64,000 bases of DNA from assembly GCA_964016885.1 (NCBI GenBank), contig OZ024750.1, forward strand, positions 4,464,001 through 4,528,000, read 5' to 3'. Below the pieces are notes generated by a model. The model ran no database searches. It was given only the letters and a program-made list of their open reading frames with translations, and was not told the DNA's origin. Shown piece after piece: positions 26,212-41,587 of the stretch. Made by a program: the position numbers and the translations under genes. This DNA is from Eledone cirrhosa (lineage: Eukaryota). The stretch's first letter is position 1; every line of letters starts with the position of its first letter.

Positions 26212-27132
26212 ATATATATGGACAGTTCATACATACCATAGATCATGAATATTTTCGTCTTTTTCTTTATCCTCTCTTCCAAATATGATTTATCTGAAGT
26301 ATGGACTTTATAGTTATGTCTCTATACTCTTCAAAAAGGTTATTATACATAAAGTTTATTATTTTATATATTGGCAAATATATCTATTGATGACATTTAG
26401 TTGTGTCAGCATCAGGTTATAAAGTTGATTCATATAAAAAGGAAAACGTATTAATGCTAGCTTTGTTTTAAGTATTCGTTTCGTGTGCCGGTCCTTTTCG
26501 ATTTATTTTTTCCTTTTGCATCGGTTTTATTACTTGGATATTAAAATTGATTACACATTTCCCAGAAGTCTATTTCTTTTCTCCTCACTGTTAATATTTG
26601 GCCAGAGTGCAGTAGTATATTTAATTCATCTATGACAAACCAAGATAAATTATATTTGTTGATAGAAATTAATTGATTGAATGCCAATCATGTGAGCTCC
26701 TCTTGTTCTCATTTATCGAGTTCTTTATTTAGATATCTTCTCCCATTGGTCCCTTTAATATTTGAAATTTTTATTTTTATTTATATTTTTTCCTGTTTTT
26801 TTTGCCCCTTTTTTAATTTTTTTTTTTTTTTAATTACTTCTCTCACTAGCTCTTTTTGATTTCCACCTATAAGGAGTACTCAATACTTCCTATAGTCTGT
26901 CATGGCTTACTAGCTTTATACGGACGTTTAAATTGATTACATAAATAAATAAATAGATATAACCAATTGCTGAAGCCCTAGACTCTCAGGACTTCGGGTT
27001 CTCACTGACACGACAATATTTGATCCCATTACAAGAAAACTGTGGAGTCATTAGTATTTGCAGGCTCCAAAGCTTCAGACTAGTCAGCCTTATGAATATT
27101 AAGGCCTTGCTTTAAAACCAGGTTTTAAAATA

Positions 27133-27260
27133 TACGAGGTTCGGCTGAAAAGATACTCTCATGGAATGACCAAATGAGGTTTATTTTTCAACATAGTCCA
27201 TAGAAAGAAACAATGACCAAGATACTCTCATGGAACGATTAAATGAGGTTTATTTTTTAT
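27133..27260 (+). mobile_element. Mariner-like MITE end with an internal duplication
   Basis: TACGAGGTTCGGCTGAAAAG; AGATACTCTCATGGAA...AAATGAGGTTTATTTTT occurs twice. Confidence 0.5.
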
Positions 27261-27677
27261 AACTACATGATATAGCCACGTGAAGAATATGAAGAAAAAA
27301 ACTAAATGCGAAAATCTAAATATGTACACCACCGCAATTAAACGAAATAACCCACTCCACTGCAATAATTAAAAAACTAAATATTTAAAATACTACACTC
27401 CGCCCCCTCACAAAATAAACTATTACTCCATATATTTACTGCTCCAGCAATCAACATTAATAATTAATTAGTTAACTGACAACCATTTTATATCATTTAT
27501 TGCATTTTACAAAGGTTTCAATTCTTAGTGAAACTTGTATGTATGTATGTATGTATGTATGTATGTATATATGTATGTATATATATGTGTGTATATAGTT
27601 ATGTTTAATTGTCAGCATAATCTTCGTGTAGTTCAGCATATATTTGTGTGTGTGTGTGTGTATGTATATGTACATGT

Positions 27678-27772
<95 letters not shown>

Positions 27773-27897
27773 CGCAAATAAACACACACACACATATACA
27801 CTCACACGTATACATATATATACACAAATACACACACACACATATACACTCACACGTATACTTATATATATATATATTTACATACATATATATATTC

Positions 27898-27941
<44 letters not shown>

Positions 27942-28239
27942 TATATATACATACATAATGTATGTATATAAACATGTATTAACAAATATTTCTCCTCGGT
28001 ACGTTTTATATGATGCAATTAATTTCATTCACTTCTCAAAATAAATTGTCTATGTAACTGAAATTTCGGTGTTAATTGCTTTAGATGTGACACGATTAAA
28101 TTACTGGACTTCAGCGATTCTTTGTATTTCACAAAGTCTTTTAACGTTGCTACATCGCCATTTTAACTTTTAGTGAATGGTTCTGTGAATAGAAAATCCC
28201 TGCAAGTGTTTACGTTGCAAATATTATGTTAATAACGAT

Positions 28240-28450
28240 AATTGTTTCTACTTTTGGCACAAGGCCAGCAATAATCCCAGTGTATTACTGGTACTTTATT
28301 TTATCGACCCCCGTAAGGATGAAAGGCAATGTTAACATCTACCGATACTGCCAATCCACCGCCAATCGATGTTAATAACGATAATGCTTTCTTATTTAGG
28401 TATAAGATCAATAATTTTGGGACAGAGAAGAAAGTCGATTAAATTGACCA
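28240..28450 (-). mobile_element. SINE family 1, internally deleted copy plus decayed tail
   Basis: Reverse-complement tail, core and head. Confidence 0.75.
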
Positions 28451-28802
28451 AGTATCAAGGGTATTTTTGAGTACTGTCATCACTGAGGGTTAATATCTAC
28501 CTCTACAACGGGGGGGGGGGGGGAATATTAGGCAGTGACACGTGTATAAACCAGCAGGTGCTCGCTGGTCTACAGTTAAGCTCCTTGGAATGACAGTCAT
28601 GATCAATGCTATTTGCCAGCAGACTTGAAATCTGACAGCAATTTAGTTCAGTACAAAAGGTAAGAAAAATATTATCCCTCGGTACTCAATAAATCTATAA
28701 AAAAATATTAGTATATAAATGTAAAATGAGTAACTACTGAACCACCTACACCCTCCCCGCCTTCTGTTCTCCCCAACTTTTCCTTACATTATTCTTTCTC
28801 TC

Positions 28803-28990
28803 CGGTGGATTGGTTGAATCGGTAGAGGGTCTGACTCCATGCTTTGCAGCAAAGAGTTACGGCCCTTTATGGTCTGAGTTCAAATCTCGCCGAGGTTAAC
28901 TTTGCCTTTCACCCTTACGGGGTCGATAAAATAAAGTACCAGTAATGTACTGGTAATTGCTGGCCTTGTGCCAAAAGTAGAAGCAATTAT
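28803..28990 (+). mobile_element. SINE family 1, full length
   Basis: Head, box B, core, tail. Confidence 0.88.
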
Positions 28991-29760
28991 TCTTACATTT
29001 CGCTTTCATAAACCGCAGGGACTTATTTTGTTGCATAGTGATCAAATAAAGAAATTTTAGTTTGACAGCGCCTGTTTTAGCGTAACGAGTTATTTCGCTA
29101 ATAATTCGTATAATATAATAATAATTTAGTTTTTTTTAATGCTTCATGCTTTAAATGTACTATTAACTTACCTAATTACAGTTTAACGAATATGAAAAAT
29201 ATCAATAAACGCTCAAAGATAACATTTGGAAATTATATGACTGTCTTTTTCATTCTCTTTTTCCTTCTTTACATTAAATATTAAGAAACAAACACCGTCA
29301 GAATTTCCAAGGAATTACTTTTTAAGTGATCTAATAATAGCTTTAATGTTCATTATTTGTGTGTTTATAAGTCTGCCATGTTATACCGAGGAAATATCTA
29401 TACATTATAGATTACTGACTGTATATATTGTTGTTACAGTAAGTGTGGCTTTTCCCTTGAACTACTTTGGTGGTGGTGATTTTCTATGGAGAGATCTTAG
29501 TTCTACTTTCTTTGCTCCTAGTGGAGCTTTGGCAGAATCGGTCGAGTGACAAATTTAATCGCTTTTTTTAATAAGTTAAAACATCATTTTTCAGAGGTTT
29601 ATGCTAATTTTCAATTTAAAGAGGGGAACTTAGATGTCTGTAATTTCAAGAAAGGTTTTCAGATATCTTTTGGAGCTTTGAGGACCTGAGAGATTGATAT
29701 AGATAGTAGATAAAAGGTATGGTGTCAGAGTGGATAACATGTTTTATGTTAACGTCTAGT

Positions 29761-30040
29761 GGAGTCGTGTGGCCTAGTGGTAAGGGTGTTGGACATACGA
29801 TCATAAGGCCATGGGTTCGATTTATGGGCTGGGTTGCGCGTTGTGTTGTTGAGCAAAACACTTCATTTCATATTGCTCCAGTATATTCAGCTGGAAATGA
29901 GTGCCAGCTACAGCTGGGGGTTTAGCCCTGTGATGGACTGGTGTCCTGTCCAGGGGGGAAGTCTTGTACTCTCAGTCGCTTCACGACACGAAATCGGGAT
30001 AAGCACCGGCCTAACTAGCCTTCTGGCTTAAGATAGACTT
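29761..30040 (+). mobile_element. SINE family 2 (tRNA head, CORE/Meta-like middle, V-like block)
   Basis: Box A TGGCCTAGTGG, box B GGTTCGATT, GCCCTGTGATGGACTGGTGTCCTGTCCAGGG; homologous to 43581-43866. Confidence 0.8.
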
Positions 30041-31794
30041 GTTTTTCAATTAGATTCCTTTTAATGTTCAAATGTATTCGTTGCAAATGCAGACAGCATT
30101 AAAAACCTAAGTTATATTCTAGCATATGGTAAATTCATAGCAGTAATTTATACCTGAGAATTTTCATAAAATTTGTATAAGAAATATCGAAAAATTTCAC
30201 CGATACGTCATCTTAGACTGCATAACATATCGAACACATATTTTTCTTCGGTTAATTTATTTGTTTATTGATTAAACTTAGCAGAAAATTGTTGTTTTTT
30301 TTTCTTTTTTCTTAATATATTTACTTGTCTGAAAAAAAAAACAAAAAAAAATTTAAATGAAGATAAAAGAAAAATATATAAAAAAAATTGTAATATTGGC
30401 ATTTCGCCTTATTAACTACTTCATCCTGTCTGGTGATCTGTTTCGTGTGAACATGGAAGATTTTCTAATCGATTAACGATAATCTTAATTGTGCATTGTA
30501 AATGGTAGAAGTACGAGAGTGCTGTCAAAGGATATGTAGGCTAGAGCTTCTGCACTAAAATGTTAAAATAACAAAAATCAAAAGCAAAACAATATAACTT
30601 CTAACGAGAAGCCCTTAGAGCAAAATAGATTTCTATTTTTCTTTTAATTTATTTTTACATACAACATAGCCTCGTGTTTTTTGATTTAATAGAATAATTG
30701 GTTGATATTTTTTTTTTATAATTTAAATGGATAAACCTAGAAATAGTAAGAAGAAAGAATATACCTCCTAGTGTAGATATACATATATATATATACATAT
30801 ATACATATATATGTACACACACATATATATATATATAGATATGTATATATATATATATTTCGTTTCTGAATTTGTTTAGCAAGATTCTTTATCTGAAATG
30901 ACCCTCCCAAAGTATAACAATATATATATATATATATATATACATACATATATAAGTCTAGAGATGTCTAGACTTGTAGGCATTATATTGTTGTAACGCA
31001 TTTCCTACTGTTCCACTTGCTATTCTTTTCTGTCACCTCGGTGTTGTTGCTGGTGTTCTTTTTGTTCCTATTATACACATATATATATATATATACACTC
31101 ATGTACCCATTTATGTATACAGTTTATATATATATATATATAAACTCTGTATACATAAATGTGTACCTGAGTGTACCATGCATGTAACTGGATATATTGT
31201 AGGAAAGTTATTCGAATTTGTCAAGTGTAAACTGAGGAATTTCACCGTGAAGTTTCATTTTTTTTACTCTAGTGAAATTAATCTTAGTAATAGCAGATGC
31301 TAGATAGTAGATAACTAACTACGGGAAAGGTGATACAGATCCTGCGAAGTAACTCCTAGATATTTTTACACTCCGTGTCAAACGACAACTTGTCACTGAG
31401 ACCGTAATCAGTCAACTGTGACAGTTATCTAGAGTGAATAAATGGATTTCGGCCGCAGTTATATTGGCTGCCGCCGTCGTGTCGTTTGGATGGTAAGCTT
31501 ACAGTGTCAACACAGATCACTCTATTGTCTAGCAAGCGGATATATTTATTCATACTTCGTCGTTCTTATCACAGATTGATCTAAGTCAAAGTGCACGGTG
31601 GGGGTCGTACGATAGTCAGATAATCACATTATTCTTCCATCATGCAACACATTTTTTTCTTTTTTGTCGATAAAACGAAAGTTAAGAAACCCACTCTTCA
31701 TTATCCAATGTGGTCCTTCCACACATAATTCATACACAGGGAAGAAATTATGATCAATACATAAAATTGAGTGATATATATATATTAGTCATTA

Positions 31795-32212
31795 TTGTGT
31801 CAAAAGTAGAAACAATTATTAGAGGGTCGGACGCCATGCTTTGCAGCATAGAGTTACGCCTCTTTATGAACTGAGTTCAAATCCCGCCGAGGTTAACTTT
31901 GCTTTTCATCCTGACAGGGTCGATAAAATAAAGTTCCAATAATGCCCTGGGGTCGATTTTATCGATCTTCTCCTCCTCTAAAATTGTTGGCCTTGTACCT
32001 AAATCAGAAACCATTATTATGGCCGTGGATTAGCAGTATCGGTAGAGGGCCTGACGTCTTACTTTATAGCAAAGAGTTACGGCCCTTTATGATCTGAGTT
32101 CAAATCCCGCCGAGGTTAACTTTGCCTTTCATCCTTACGGGGTCGATAAAATAAAGTACCAGTAATACACTGGATAATTGCTGGCCTTGTGCCAAAAGTA
32201 GAAAAAATTATG
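31795..32212 (+). mobile_element. Tandem SINE family 1 copies (tail remnant, long-tail, short-tail)
   Basis: Units at 31795-31820, 31821-32020 and 32022-32212. Confidence 0.85.
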
Positions 32213-33044
32213 ATGGCCGTTAAGTCTCATCACCTATGTAGCTTCATATACAGCGAGATTCTGCAGTTTCACTCATAAAGCATTGGTCAAGCCAGGTATA
32301 TAGTAGGTGTGATTGAACCCGAAACCAGGGGATAAGGAAGATAACTTCTTAACCACAAAATCATACCTGTATGACGATAATAATGTTATATCCCTTTTTA
32401 TCAACTTTCATAAGTAAAGATCTCACAGCACACCTAACTGAAACCAACTAGTGAAAGTAATGTATGAACCCATACAGTCTGCTATAAAATAGAAGGTTTA
32501 AGACAAGTGGGGAGGGAGAGACAGAGATAAACAGCGCAATTCTTTCTCATTAATGGAAGAAAGATTTTTGTCAGTAGAGGCATTCCGAGAAATTCTTTTA
32601 ATGTTTGTTTTTCCGTCTATTTTTTTCTTATTGTTTTGCTTATACATGAATGAGGCCCCTTGTTTTATGAATAATTCCCTACAGAAATATAATTAAGAGG
32701 TCAATTATAAAGATAAAACACAAGTATTAATAAATTGCTATATAATGGGACAAACATGAAGCCACGACATGGTTGTAAGATCTATTAGAAATAACAAGAA
32801 TTATACTAGTATTATACCACTCCTGCTTGAAAATGAGGAGATATTGAACAATGTAATACTAGATATAGGATATCCGCTAAAAAGAGATGAGAATTGCGAT
32901 TAGAATAATTTTGATCATATATCCTTTTGATCAGAGGTAGTATTGGTTTTAATACTAGCTCATGGATGTTATCCAACTAACTTGCTCGGGGTCTATCCAG
33001 GGTCTCCTGTCGGTTGGTTTTGTCCGTAAAATCTATCCATTAAT

Positions 33045-33215
33045 TGGGTGGATTGGCAATATCGATAGAGGGTCGCACGCCATACTTTGCAGCAAAGAGT
33101 TATGGCTTTTATGGTCTGAGTTCAACTTTGCCTTTCATCCTTACGGGGTCGATAAAATAAAATACCAGTAATGCAGTGGGATAATTCTGGCCTTGGCCAA
33201 AAGTAGAAACAATTA
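33045..33215 (+). mobile_element. SINE family 1 with a small internal deletion
   Basis: Head, core, tail. Confidence 0.8.
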
Positions 33216-34089
33216 ATTGTATGAACACTTTTTTAAAATTATCATTTAGAGATTTATAAAAACATTGATATTAGGGCTGACTTGGAGATACGTTATTGAT
33301 GGTTAACGAAAACCTGCCTTTTTTCTTATGAACAGATCGTAAACCTTTAAAATAACTGTCACAAATATGTAGTATTTAAGTAGAGAAACCTTAAATCGTT
33401 TTTTTTCTTTTCAATTAAGGTTACCTCGTTACATAATATTCCCAAGCTCCTCAACTATCTGAAGACCGAACAAAAATCTGTAATACGCATTTCTAAAGTA
33501 ATCTTTTTTTTTTTTACAAAATATAGAGGAAGAAACGATATGTTTAAGGTTTGGTCAGGCAGGTTTGGATTTTTTTAAAAATCATGAATAAATGTATAAA
33601 TAAATGTATTAAAAAAATGTCCCAGCATGGCCTCAGCCGGATGGCTGGAACAGGTAAAAGAGTAAGAGAGTAAAAAAACATAGTAATAGAAGAGAGGGCG
33701 ACATTTTCATATGGAAACGTCAAATCTGTGTTTAAAATTTGTTGAAAGTTGCGGATGTCTGAAGACATTGTCGCCGTCCTTATCATCACCATCACCATCA
33801 CCACCATCATCACTATCACCATCACCATCATATAACAACAATCACCACCATCACCACCACCATCACTATCACTATCACCATCACCATCATATAACAACAA
33901 TCACCACCATCACCATCAACCTATTATCATTATTACATGTTCTTCTCTCTCTCTCTCTCTCTCTTTCTCTTTCTCTTTCTCTCTCTCTCTCTCTCTCTCT
34001 GCTATGTTGGTGACAGATGAAATTTCCTCTCTGTAGGAAACGGTGGAGTAATTGCATTTGCCACACATTTACTTACACACACATATCCC

Positions 34090-34113
34090 ATCACACACAC
34101 ACACACACACACA

Positions 34114-34177
<64 letters not shown>

Positions 34178-34178
34178 G

Positions 34179-34216
<38 letters not shown>

Positions 34217-34364
34217 GAAGGCAAATGCAATTATTGCAAAATTTCTACGCTACTCAGAAAGGAAATTATATATGTATGTATAGACACACATATGAATGTA
34301 TATGTACGTATATATATATATATATATACATGCATATATATACATATACATACATATGTACATT

Positions 34365-34406
<42 letters not shown>

Positions 34407-34436
34407 AACATGCATACATATATAAACATGCATACA

Positions 34437-34496
<60 letters not shown>

Positions 34497-34533
34497 CTTA
34501 TATATACATATATATATACATATATACACTCAT

Positions 34534-34588
<55 letters not shown>

Positions 34589-34622
34589 CACATACATATA
34601 CATATACATGTATATATATATG

Positions 34623-34659
<37 letters not shown>

Positions 34660-34660
34660 G
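34090..34660. repeat. Compound (CA)n/(TA)n/(TACA)n microsatellite field
   Basis: Direct inspection. Confidence 0.9.
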
Positions 34661-35081
34661 ATGAATATTATATAAATGAATAAATAACGAAAACAAATAT
34701 AAATAAACGCTTAAAATGGGGCATTAGGAAACCATTACATAGTAGAGAAGGGGATGGTGTGGTGGTAGAGCGGTTAGAGTTACGTTACATGACTGCATCA
34801 GGTTGTCTGTTGAATACTGACTATCAAATAACTGCCATCTTTCATTTAATTGTTTAAACTTACTTCCTCTTGTAATTCTCAGATTAAATCGCAGATTCGG
34901 CCCCACTAAATTACTATGTATGTTTGTATTCACATCTGCATACGATATACAGTATTCTGGACAGGTTGATTCTTTAAAGTGGATCCCATTTTTTCAAATT
35001 TCATAAAACTACGGCATTATAAGATTTAAACCACTTAGTTAGAAGCGGCTTATCTCTCTCTATTTATCTCTTTCAATAATA

Positions 35082-35174
<93 letters not shown>

Positions 35175-35237
35175 TAAAACAACAGATTAAAGTTTAAGCA
35201 AAGAATCGCTACTTTCACCCTTCACATTTATTATTAT

Positions 35238-35273
<36 letters not shown>

Positions 35274-35313
35274 TTATATATATATATACACACACATATA
35301 TGCGCATAGACTC

Positions 35314-35345
<32 letters not shown>

Positions 35346-35763
35346 ATCTGTGTAAAAAAATTACTAGGCCTGTATTTTCTACTACACAGCTCACATACAA
35401 TCCCACCAAATCATACACCAATACATAACACGACACGACTCCACCACAACTCTGCTACACCGCAAACACGATTTTAGATCTCTCTTAGCCTTCTCACGTG
35501 TTCCAGCTGACTGTATTGCAGGAAACTATTACATATTTAATTTAATTAAAACTAAAATCCATTAAACTCTTATCCTACAAGGTTCAGTAATGCACCGTTG
35601 TGAAGTCCGTGTCATGGCCAGCTGCCTAGATTGCCAGATGGCAGCACCGGGCCTTACATATACTAATGGGATTGGTCACCATATACTCAATATATAGTTT
35701 TTAGAATTATTTATATATTAGTAGCAATACATTTGCAATTGAGTATTACATACAACCGTAAAC

Positions 35764-35910
35764 TATTTCGACAGCTATATAGCTGTCGAAACAGCTTGAG
35801 CTCTGCCGTTGGGGTCCTGACTCTTTTCCTATTACCCACTCTGCTATCCAAAGTATCGAATACTCTGGTGCGTTATGGTCCACCTGGTTCCTTACCACAC
35901 TTCCTTCGTT
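35764..35910 (+). mobile_element. Family B element with a short 5' foldback, ending in (TA)n
   Basis: TTTCGACAGCTATATAGCTGTCGAAA palindrome, then the family B body. Confidence 0.7.
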
Positions 35911-36010
35911 ATATATATATATGTAGCACCAGGAGGTGCTATCAAGTTAGACATGGCCTAGGCCAATACTGTCCAAAACCTATCAAAGTTATCCGAAAGG
36001 GCTGGAACTA

Positions 36011-36104
<94 letters not shown>

Positions 36105-36755
36105 GATATTGTTGCTAGTAACATCGATATTCACTGTTCAACGTCGAGATATTAGACTGCTATATTTCTAGAATTTGTCATTTGTTGGTCGATGGATTGA
36201 AACTGTTGTAGAGGAAAGCAGAACGCTCTTCTCATTTGTATCAGCTTTTATTGTCTTAATTTACGAGGACGTTTTACATCAACGGTCATTTGAGAATAAC
36301 TTCCTTTGTTTAATAGAACTATATAATAGTTACATAAATCATTTTCATGGTAATTAATTGTGACAGGATAAAGAAATCAACAATCATTGTATTTGAAAGG
36401 AACGAATGTTTAAGAATCATACAGAAGCAGTCTATTCACTGGAGATTCTAGTAATTTGTCTCTCAATTCTAAACTACCATTTGCCTAGCAGAGTGGTTGA
36501 GATAAACAAGCAATCATACAACAACCAGCCTCCATTACAAAAGAGGTTGAGAGCGGGAGAATACCACACAATAAAGAGCCACGATGATAAAAGAGTACAA
36601 TAAAAGAGTTACTATAGAATGTAGAATGAGATATTCTATATAACATCTGGTTTGTTTACTTTACTATTTTCTGTTCAAGTGGTTTTCTTGGTAAATTTAC
36701 AGTTTATAATGTGCGTGACAGAATTACAGAATATCAGAGTTTAGTCAATGAAATA

Positions 36756-36865
36756 TTCTTCTTCTTCTTCTTCTTCTTCTTCTTCTTCTTCTTCTTCTTC
36801 TTCTTCTTCTTCTTCTTCTTCTTCTTCTTCTTCTTCTTCTTCTTCTTCTTCACACGCACCCCATG

Positions 36866-36896
<31 letters not shown>

Positions 36897-36906
36897 ATAG
36901 ATATAT

Positions 36907-36960
<54 letters not shown>
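36756..36960. repeat. (TTC)n then (TA)n
   Basis: Direct inspection. Confidence 0.95.
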
Positions 36961-36965
<5 letters not shown>

Positions 36966-37668
36966 TATAAATGAAAGGATTACAAAGGAGAATATAGTCC
37001 GTTAGAACATGTTTATACAAAAGCACGTACGTACGTTTCGCCATATGTGTATATATATATATATGTGTGTGTGTATACATATATATATATATACAGAGAA
37101 ATATATATAAGCCTAAGAAAGAGGCCAATTTTAAACAGATTATATAAAATATGATTATGAAATGAGATTTACGTAAGTGTTTTCATGCTGTATTACTGAT
37201 ATCAGTCAGTCGATTGAATAATAAAGCTCTAGAATTGTCGAGTTGCTTGATATGATAAGGAAGAAAATGGTAGTAATGAATTCAATTGTCTACTTCAACA
37301 TGACGAATCTACTTGAACAAAGTTAAATAAAAGCTATCCACGTATTTTATTGGCACATTCATGAGCAGCTAATGCAGTTATTTACTACATAATACTTGAT
37401 AAGTCTTATATTCTAATACGTCGAAGCATTTATCTATTTATCTGACATGATCTGCTGTTAAACTGGAGTAAAAGTATTTCAGTTTTGTTCCTTTAACTAG
37501 TTATACTGATTCATACAAGAGCGATGTTCTATGTTCTTTGTCACGGTTTACAGCTTATGTCGTGCAGACACAAGTTATGTGAGTACACACACACGTATAC
37601 ACAAGCACACATACACAATGTATATATATTTAATTTATATGAGCACACACACACACGCATACACAAGC

Positions 37669-37712
<44 letters not shown>

Positions 37713-37968
37713 TCATACAGGTTAATAGAAAACATATAGGCACTTTTGGTGATATTCATTGATTCATTTATTAAATACTGGAAGGTTTTACATGAATTTC
37801 GAGGCGTTACATTAACTGCCTATGAAATTTGTATTATGACATAAAACCATTATTCTACACTGCTCAATGATACTCACCGTATCCCTTCAGAGAAAATCCA
37901 GCTGAGAATGGTAATAAAAACGCGTAAAGCGATGTTTCGATACAAGTTCTTACCCTTTGCACACATAA

Positions 37969-38018
<50 letters not shown>

Positions 38019-38440
38019 GATAAGCTCATACCCTATTAACCGGAGCGAAAGCTCTATTTTTCACCTTGGTCAGAAGCTCTACTAGTTATGATAATACAAG
38101 ATTTCACAGCTCTAGCATCACCCCTTTATAGTCAGCCAATGAACCTTTTAGCCAACCCTTGTATAGGGATCGATCCACTATTGTTTTGATAATTTCCTTG
38201 TTTCATAAAATTAGATTATATTTATTGAGATATCTCTCTCATAAAAAGTAAAAATCCTTCAGATTAGAAGAATATTTTTACCGACAAAAGTACAAAGAAC
38301 TGTGGTTAATGAATTTCTTGGAATGTTAAGAATGGCTCAAATGATTATTGTAATGTCATTAATTAGAAGATCAATTATTGATAGGAAAAGGCAAGTGATT
38401 AATCATTTGTCTACGTATCTACTATTATTATCATTTCAAA

Positions 38441-38660
38441 GGGCGGTAGATTGGCAGTATCGGTAGAAGGTCGAACGCCATGCTTTGCAGCAAAGAGTTA
38501 CGGCCCTTTATGGTCTGAGTTCAAATCCCACCGAGGTTAACTTTGCCTTTCATCCTTACGGGTCGATAAAACAAAGTACCAGTAATGCGCTGGGGTCGAT
38601 TTAATCGACTTTCTCCTCCCCAAAATTGTTGGCCTTCTGCCTAAATTAGAAACCATTATT
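38441..38660 (+). mobile_element. SINE family 1, full-length long-tail form
   Basis: GGGCGGTAGATTGGCAGTATCGG head, box B, core, GTCGATTTAATCGAC hairpin, tail. Confidence 0.9.
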
Positions 38661-39317
38661 TGTGAGCTCAGTACTTTATAAAATCAGTGTCGAGACTCCT
38701 TTGCACAAACTGCAGTAAAAGATAAACGCCGAAAATAAAAACGTCCACCTTTTTTTAATTATTATCAACAAAAGGAGTTATAAATCGATTTGAAGCTGCC
38801 AACAAGAATAAAGACAGTGGAATTCTTCTCCATGTGGCCAATTTTCTGAAAACTGATAAGACAGACACTATTTAGAGAACTGTCAGTTGTATAGAATTTT
38901 GAAATAAAAGAGAGAAAAATGAAATATATAAAATAAATTATTCAGATTCCTTACATAGAAAATATTCAAAGATGTGGAAACTGAAACGAAATCATCTTTT
39001 GCTAGATTCAGCATTTTCATTGAAGAAAAAAAAAATCTTTTTCATTATTAAAGTTGTCTATCTGTACCGACTAAATTTCATTAGTTTCAGAATTTATTTA
39101 CGCTAGACAGTGATGCTTTCGGTCATAAAATATCTCCTCAGTTTAAAATTTATGACTTTTCAAAAGAAAGTATCATTTAGCCAAGTAAAAATGTGTTGTT
39201 GATATTAGAAGTGAAGAAAGTCTGTTGATTTATTACGTGTTAACTCAGAATCGTCTACAGTGAAATATTCAGTTTCGTGTTGTTAAAACTAACTTGCTAT
39301 TGCATTGTTGTATAAAT

Positions 39318-39630
39318 GGGTAGAATCGGTGGAGAGTCGGACACCATACTTTGCAGCATAGCATTATGGCCCTTTACGATTTGAGTTCAAATCCCGCCGA
39401 GGTTAGCTTTGCCTTTCATCCTTACGGGGTCGATAAAATAAACTACCAGTAATGCACTGGGGTCGATTTAATCGACTTTCCCCTCTCCCCAAATTGCTGG
39501 CCTTGTGTCTGTAGTAGAAATCATTATTGTATCGACCACTGAAAGGATGAAAGGTAAAATTGACCTCGAGAGGATTGGAACTGGGGACATAAGGATCCCC
39601 AAGCATTTTGTTCGATACTCTAACGATTCT
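39318..39630. mobile_element. SINE family 1 (+, 39318-39525) and an older inverted partial copy (-, 39530-39630)
   Basis: Core on both strands. Confidence 0.75.
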
Positions 39631-41043
39631 TAATGTTTATAAATGATAATTTCTAACTTAGATACACGAGTAAAAATCTTGGTAGAAGTAACATTCGATT
39701 TGTTCAATCCTGGTTCTTTATTCAAACCTATTTTATTGATAGCCATCCTAAGGATGAAATGCAATGTCGAACTCTGCATGATATTTTATCACCGAAAGTA
39801 TAAAGACGTAAATACGAACCACAGACTTTCCTTTCTACAATTTTATCATGTGTGACAAAAGTATTGTAAACCTAGACACACAGGCTTTTTAAACAACTAT
39901 TTGAAATAAAGAAAGGTCTTGTTTACAAAGTGGGCGTTCAATGTCATTACTCAAACTATTTTCTCTCAATTTAACGAGTGTTTTTCTTGTTGCTTCCATC
40001 CATCGTGTCAATAGCCTTTTTATGTGAGTTTTGTAAATTTGACTAAGGAAGATTCTGACGGAGGGGAACTCCCAGGCTAAATCGTATTTCATTAACTTAT
40101 TAACATAAACAATTTCCAATAATATATCTTATAAATAAACAAGCTTTAGCGGAGATCAAATAGAAACGAACAGATATTCTGATTAGAACGCCATGAAGGT
40201 TTTTCACACGTATATCACCTACAAGTTTATCAATAGAAAAACGAAGCTGTTGAGTGAGATTGAAATTATATAAGCAACTTTGCATACGAATACTTTATTC
40301 ATTGGTTTATATAGGTTAGAAATTGGGGAAGATGCTGGAGGTGGTGTTCGTGTTTTTATTGCGAGTTCAATCAAGACTAATCTCGTTTTACTTGTTGAAA
40401 AACTATCTGCGGTTGCCGGGTTGAAATATCAATTTCAAATAAAATCGTTTTACCTCAAATTCATCATCACCTTAAAAAACGTACACACCACGATGAGTAT
40501 GGGCACCCTACTCATATACTATCGAGTCCCAAATAATAGAGGGAGTAGGAGGGAGGGGGTCGGGGGCGATGGACATTTTCTAAAATTCTTATAAATGGGG
40601 GGGTGGAAGAATAAATAGAAAAAGAGGGTTGGAAATCGGTAATTGTATAGTGTACATAAATCTAGGATTTCTTGTAATGTTCTTTTTTTTTGCATATATA
40701 ATGTTTTTAATGTCAAATAAAATTATTTTTAGATTCTCCAGCTGCTGTATCGATATGAATCACTTACAATAAAATTTCCCTGGAGATAGATTAGCAAAAT
40801 TTAATAGGGGGAAGGGGTTTGGAATACAAGCAGGGGAAGGGGGTATTGAAGACCTGAGACTACTTATAAATTTTTAAAATAATTTATTAAGTTTTCATAA
40901 TTAATTATATAAATAATGAATGAAAGGGGGGGGGGTAAAGAAGGGCAGATCTGGCTGTATGGGGAAGTGAAGGAAAGCACTATAAATGCCATAAATGAGA
41001 GGAAAAGGAGGGAAAGATCAATGACTATTTAGTCTTTATATAT

Positions 41044-41080
<37 letters not shown>

Positions 41081-41148
41081 GAGATTCAGAAGATCCCGTT
41101 AAGGGTGAAAGCTGCGATTCTTTGCTTAAACTTTAATCTGTTATTTTA

Positions 41149-41210
<62 letters not shown>

Positions 41211-41217
41211 GTATATA

Positions 41218-41587
41218 TTAAAGAGTTAAACAAGATTCAATGAGTATATCAAAGAATGAGTTTTACAGTAGATTGGAAGCACTCTACAGGAAAAAAATTA
41301 TTTTCCAGAGTTATATATATTAAAATACAAATATTAATAAAATAGATGTTATTTTGATCAATTAAATTTTATTATACATATTTCAGAGGTACAGCAGTAC
41401 GTCCTCATCAGACGTACTGTTGTACCCCTGAAATATGTATAATAAGATTAAATCTTAAACATTTAACATCTCAGGGTATGTCATGCATCATTATATTTTG
41501 TCTGATGAGGGCGTACTATTGTACCTCTGAAATATGTATAATAAAATTTAATTGATCAAAAGAACATCTATTTTATTAATATTTGTA

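Noticed and set aside
28576-28665. Possible exon ending at a strong donor AAG|GTAAGA
   Set aside because: All three frames contain stops and no partner exons are identifiable; at most a non-coding exon.
31441-31500. CpG-rich patch with a GATG|GTAAGC donor
   Set aside because: Too short and unsupported to call a first exon.
35631-35648. CTCF-like motif TTGCCAGATGGCAGCAC (also TGGCCACCAGATGTTGC at ~13084) and ETS motifs at ~1631 and ~43292
   Set aside because: Short motif matches without conservation or chromatin data.
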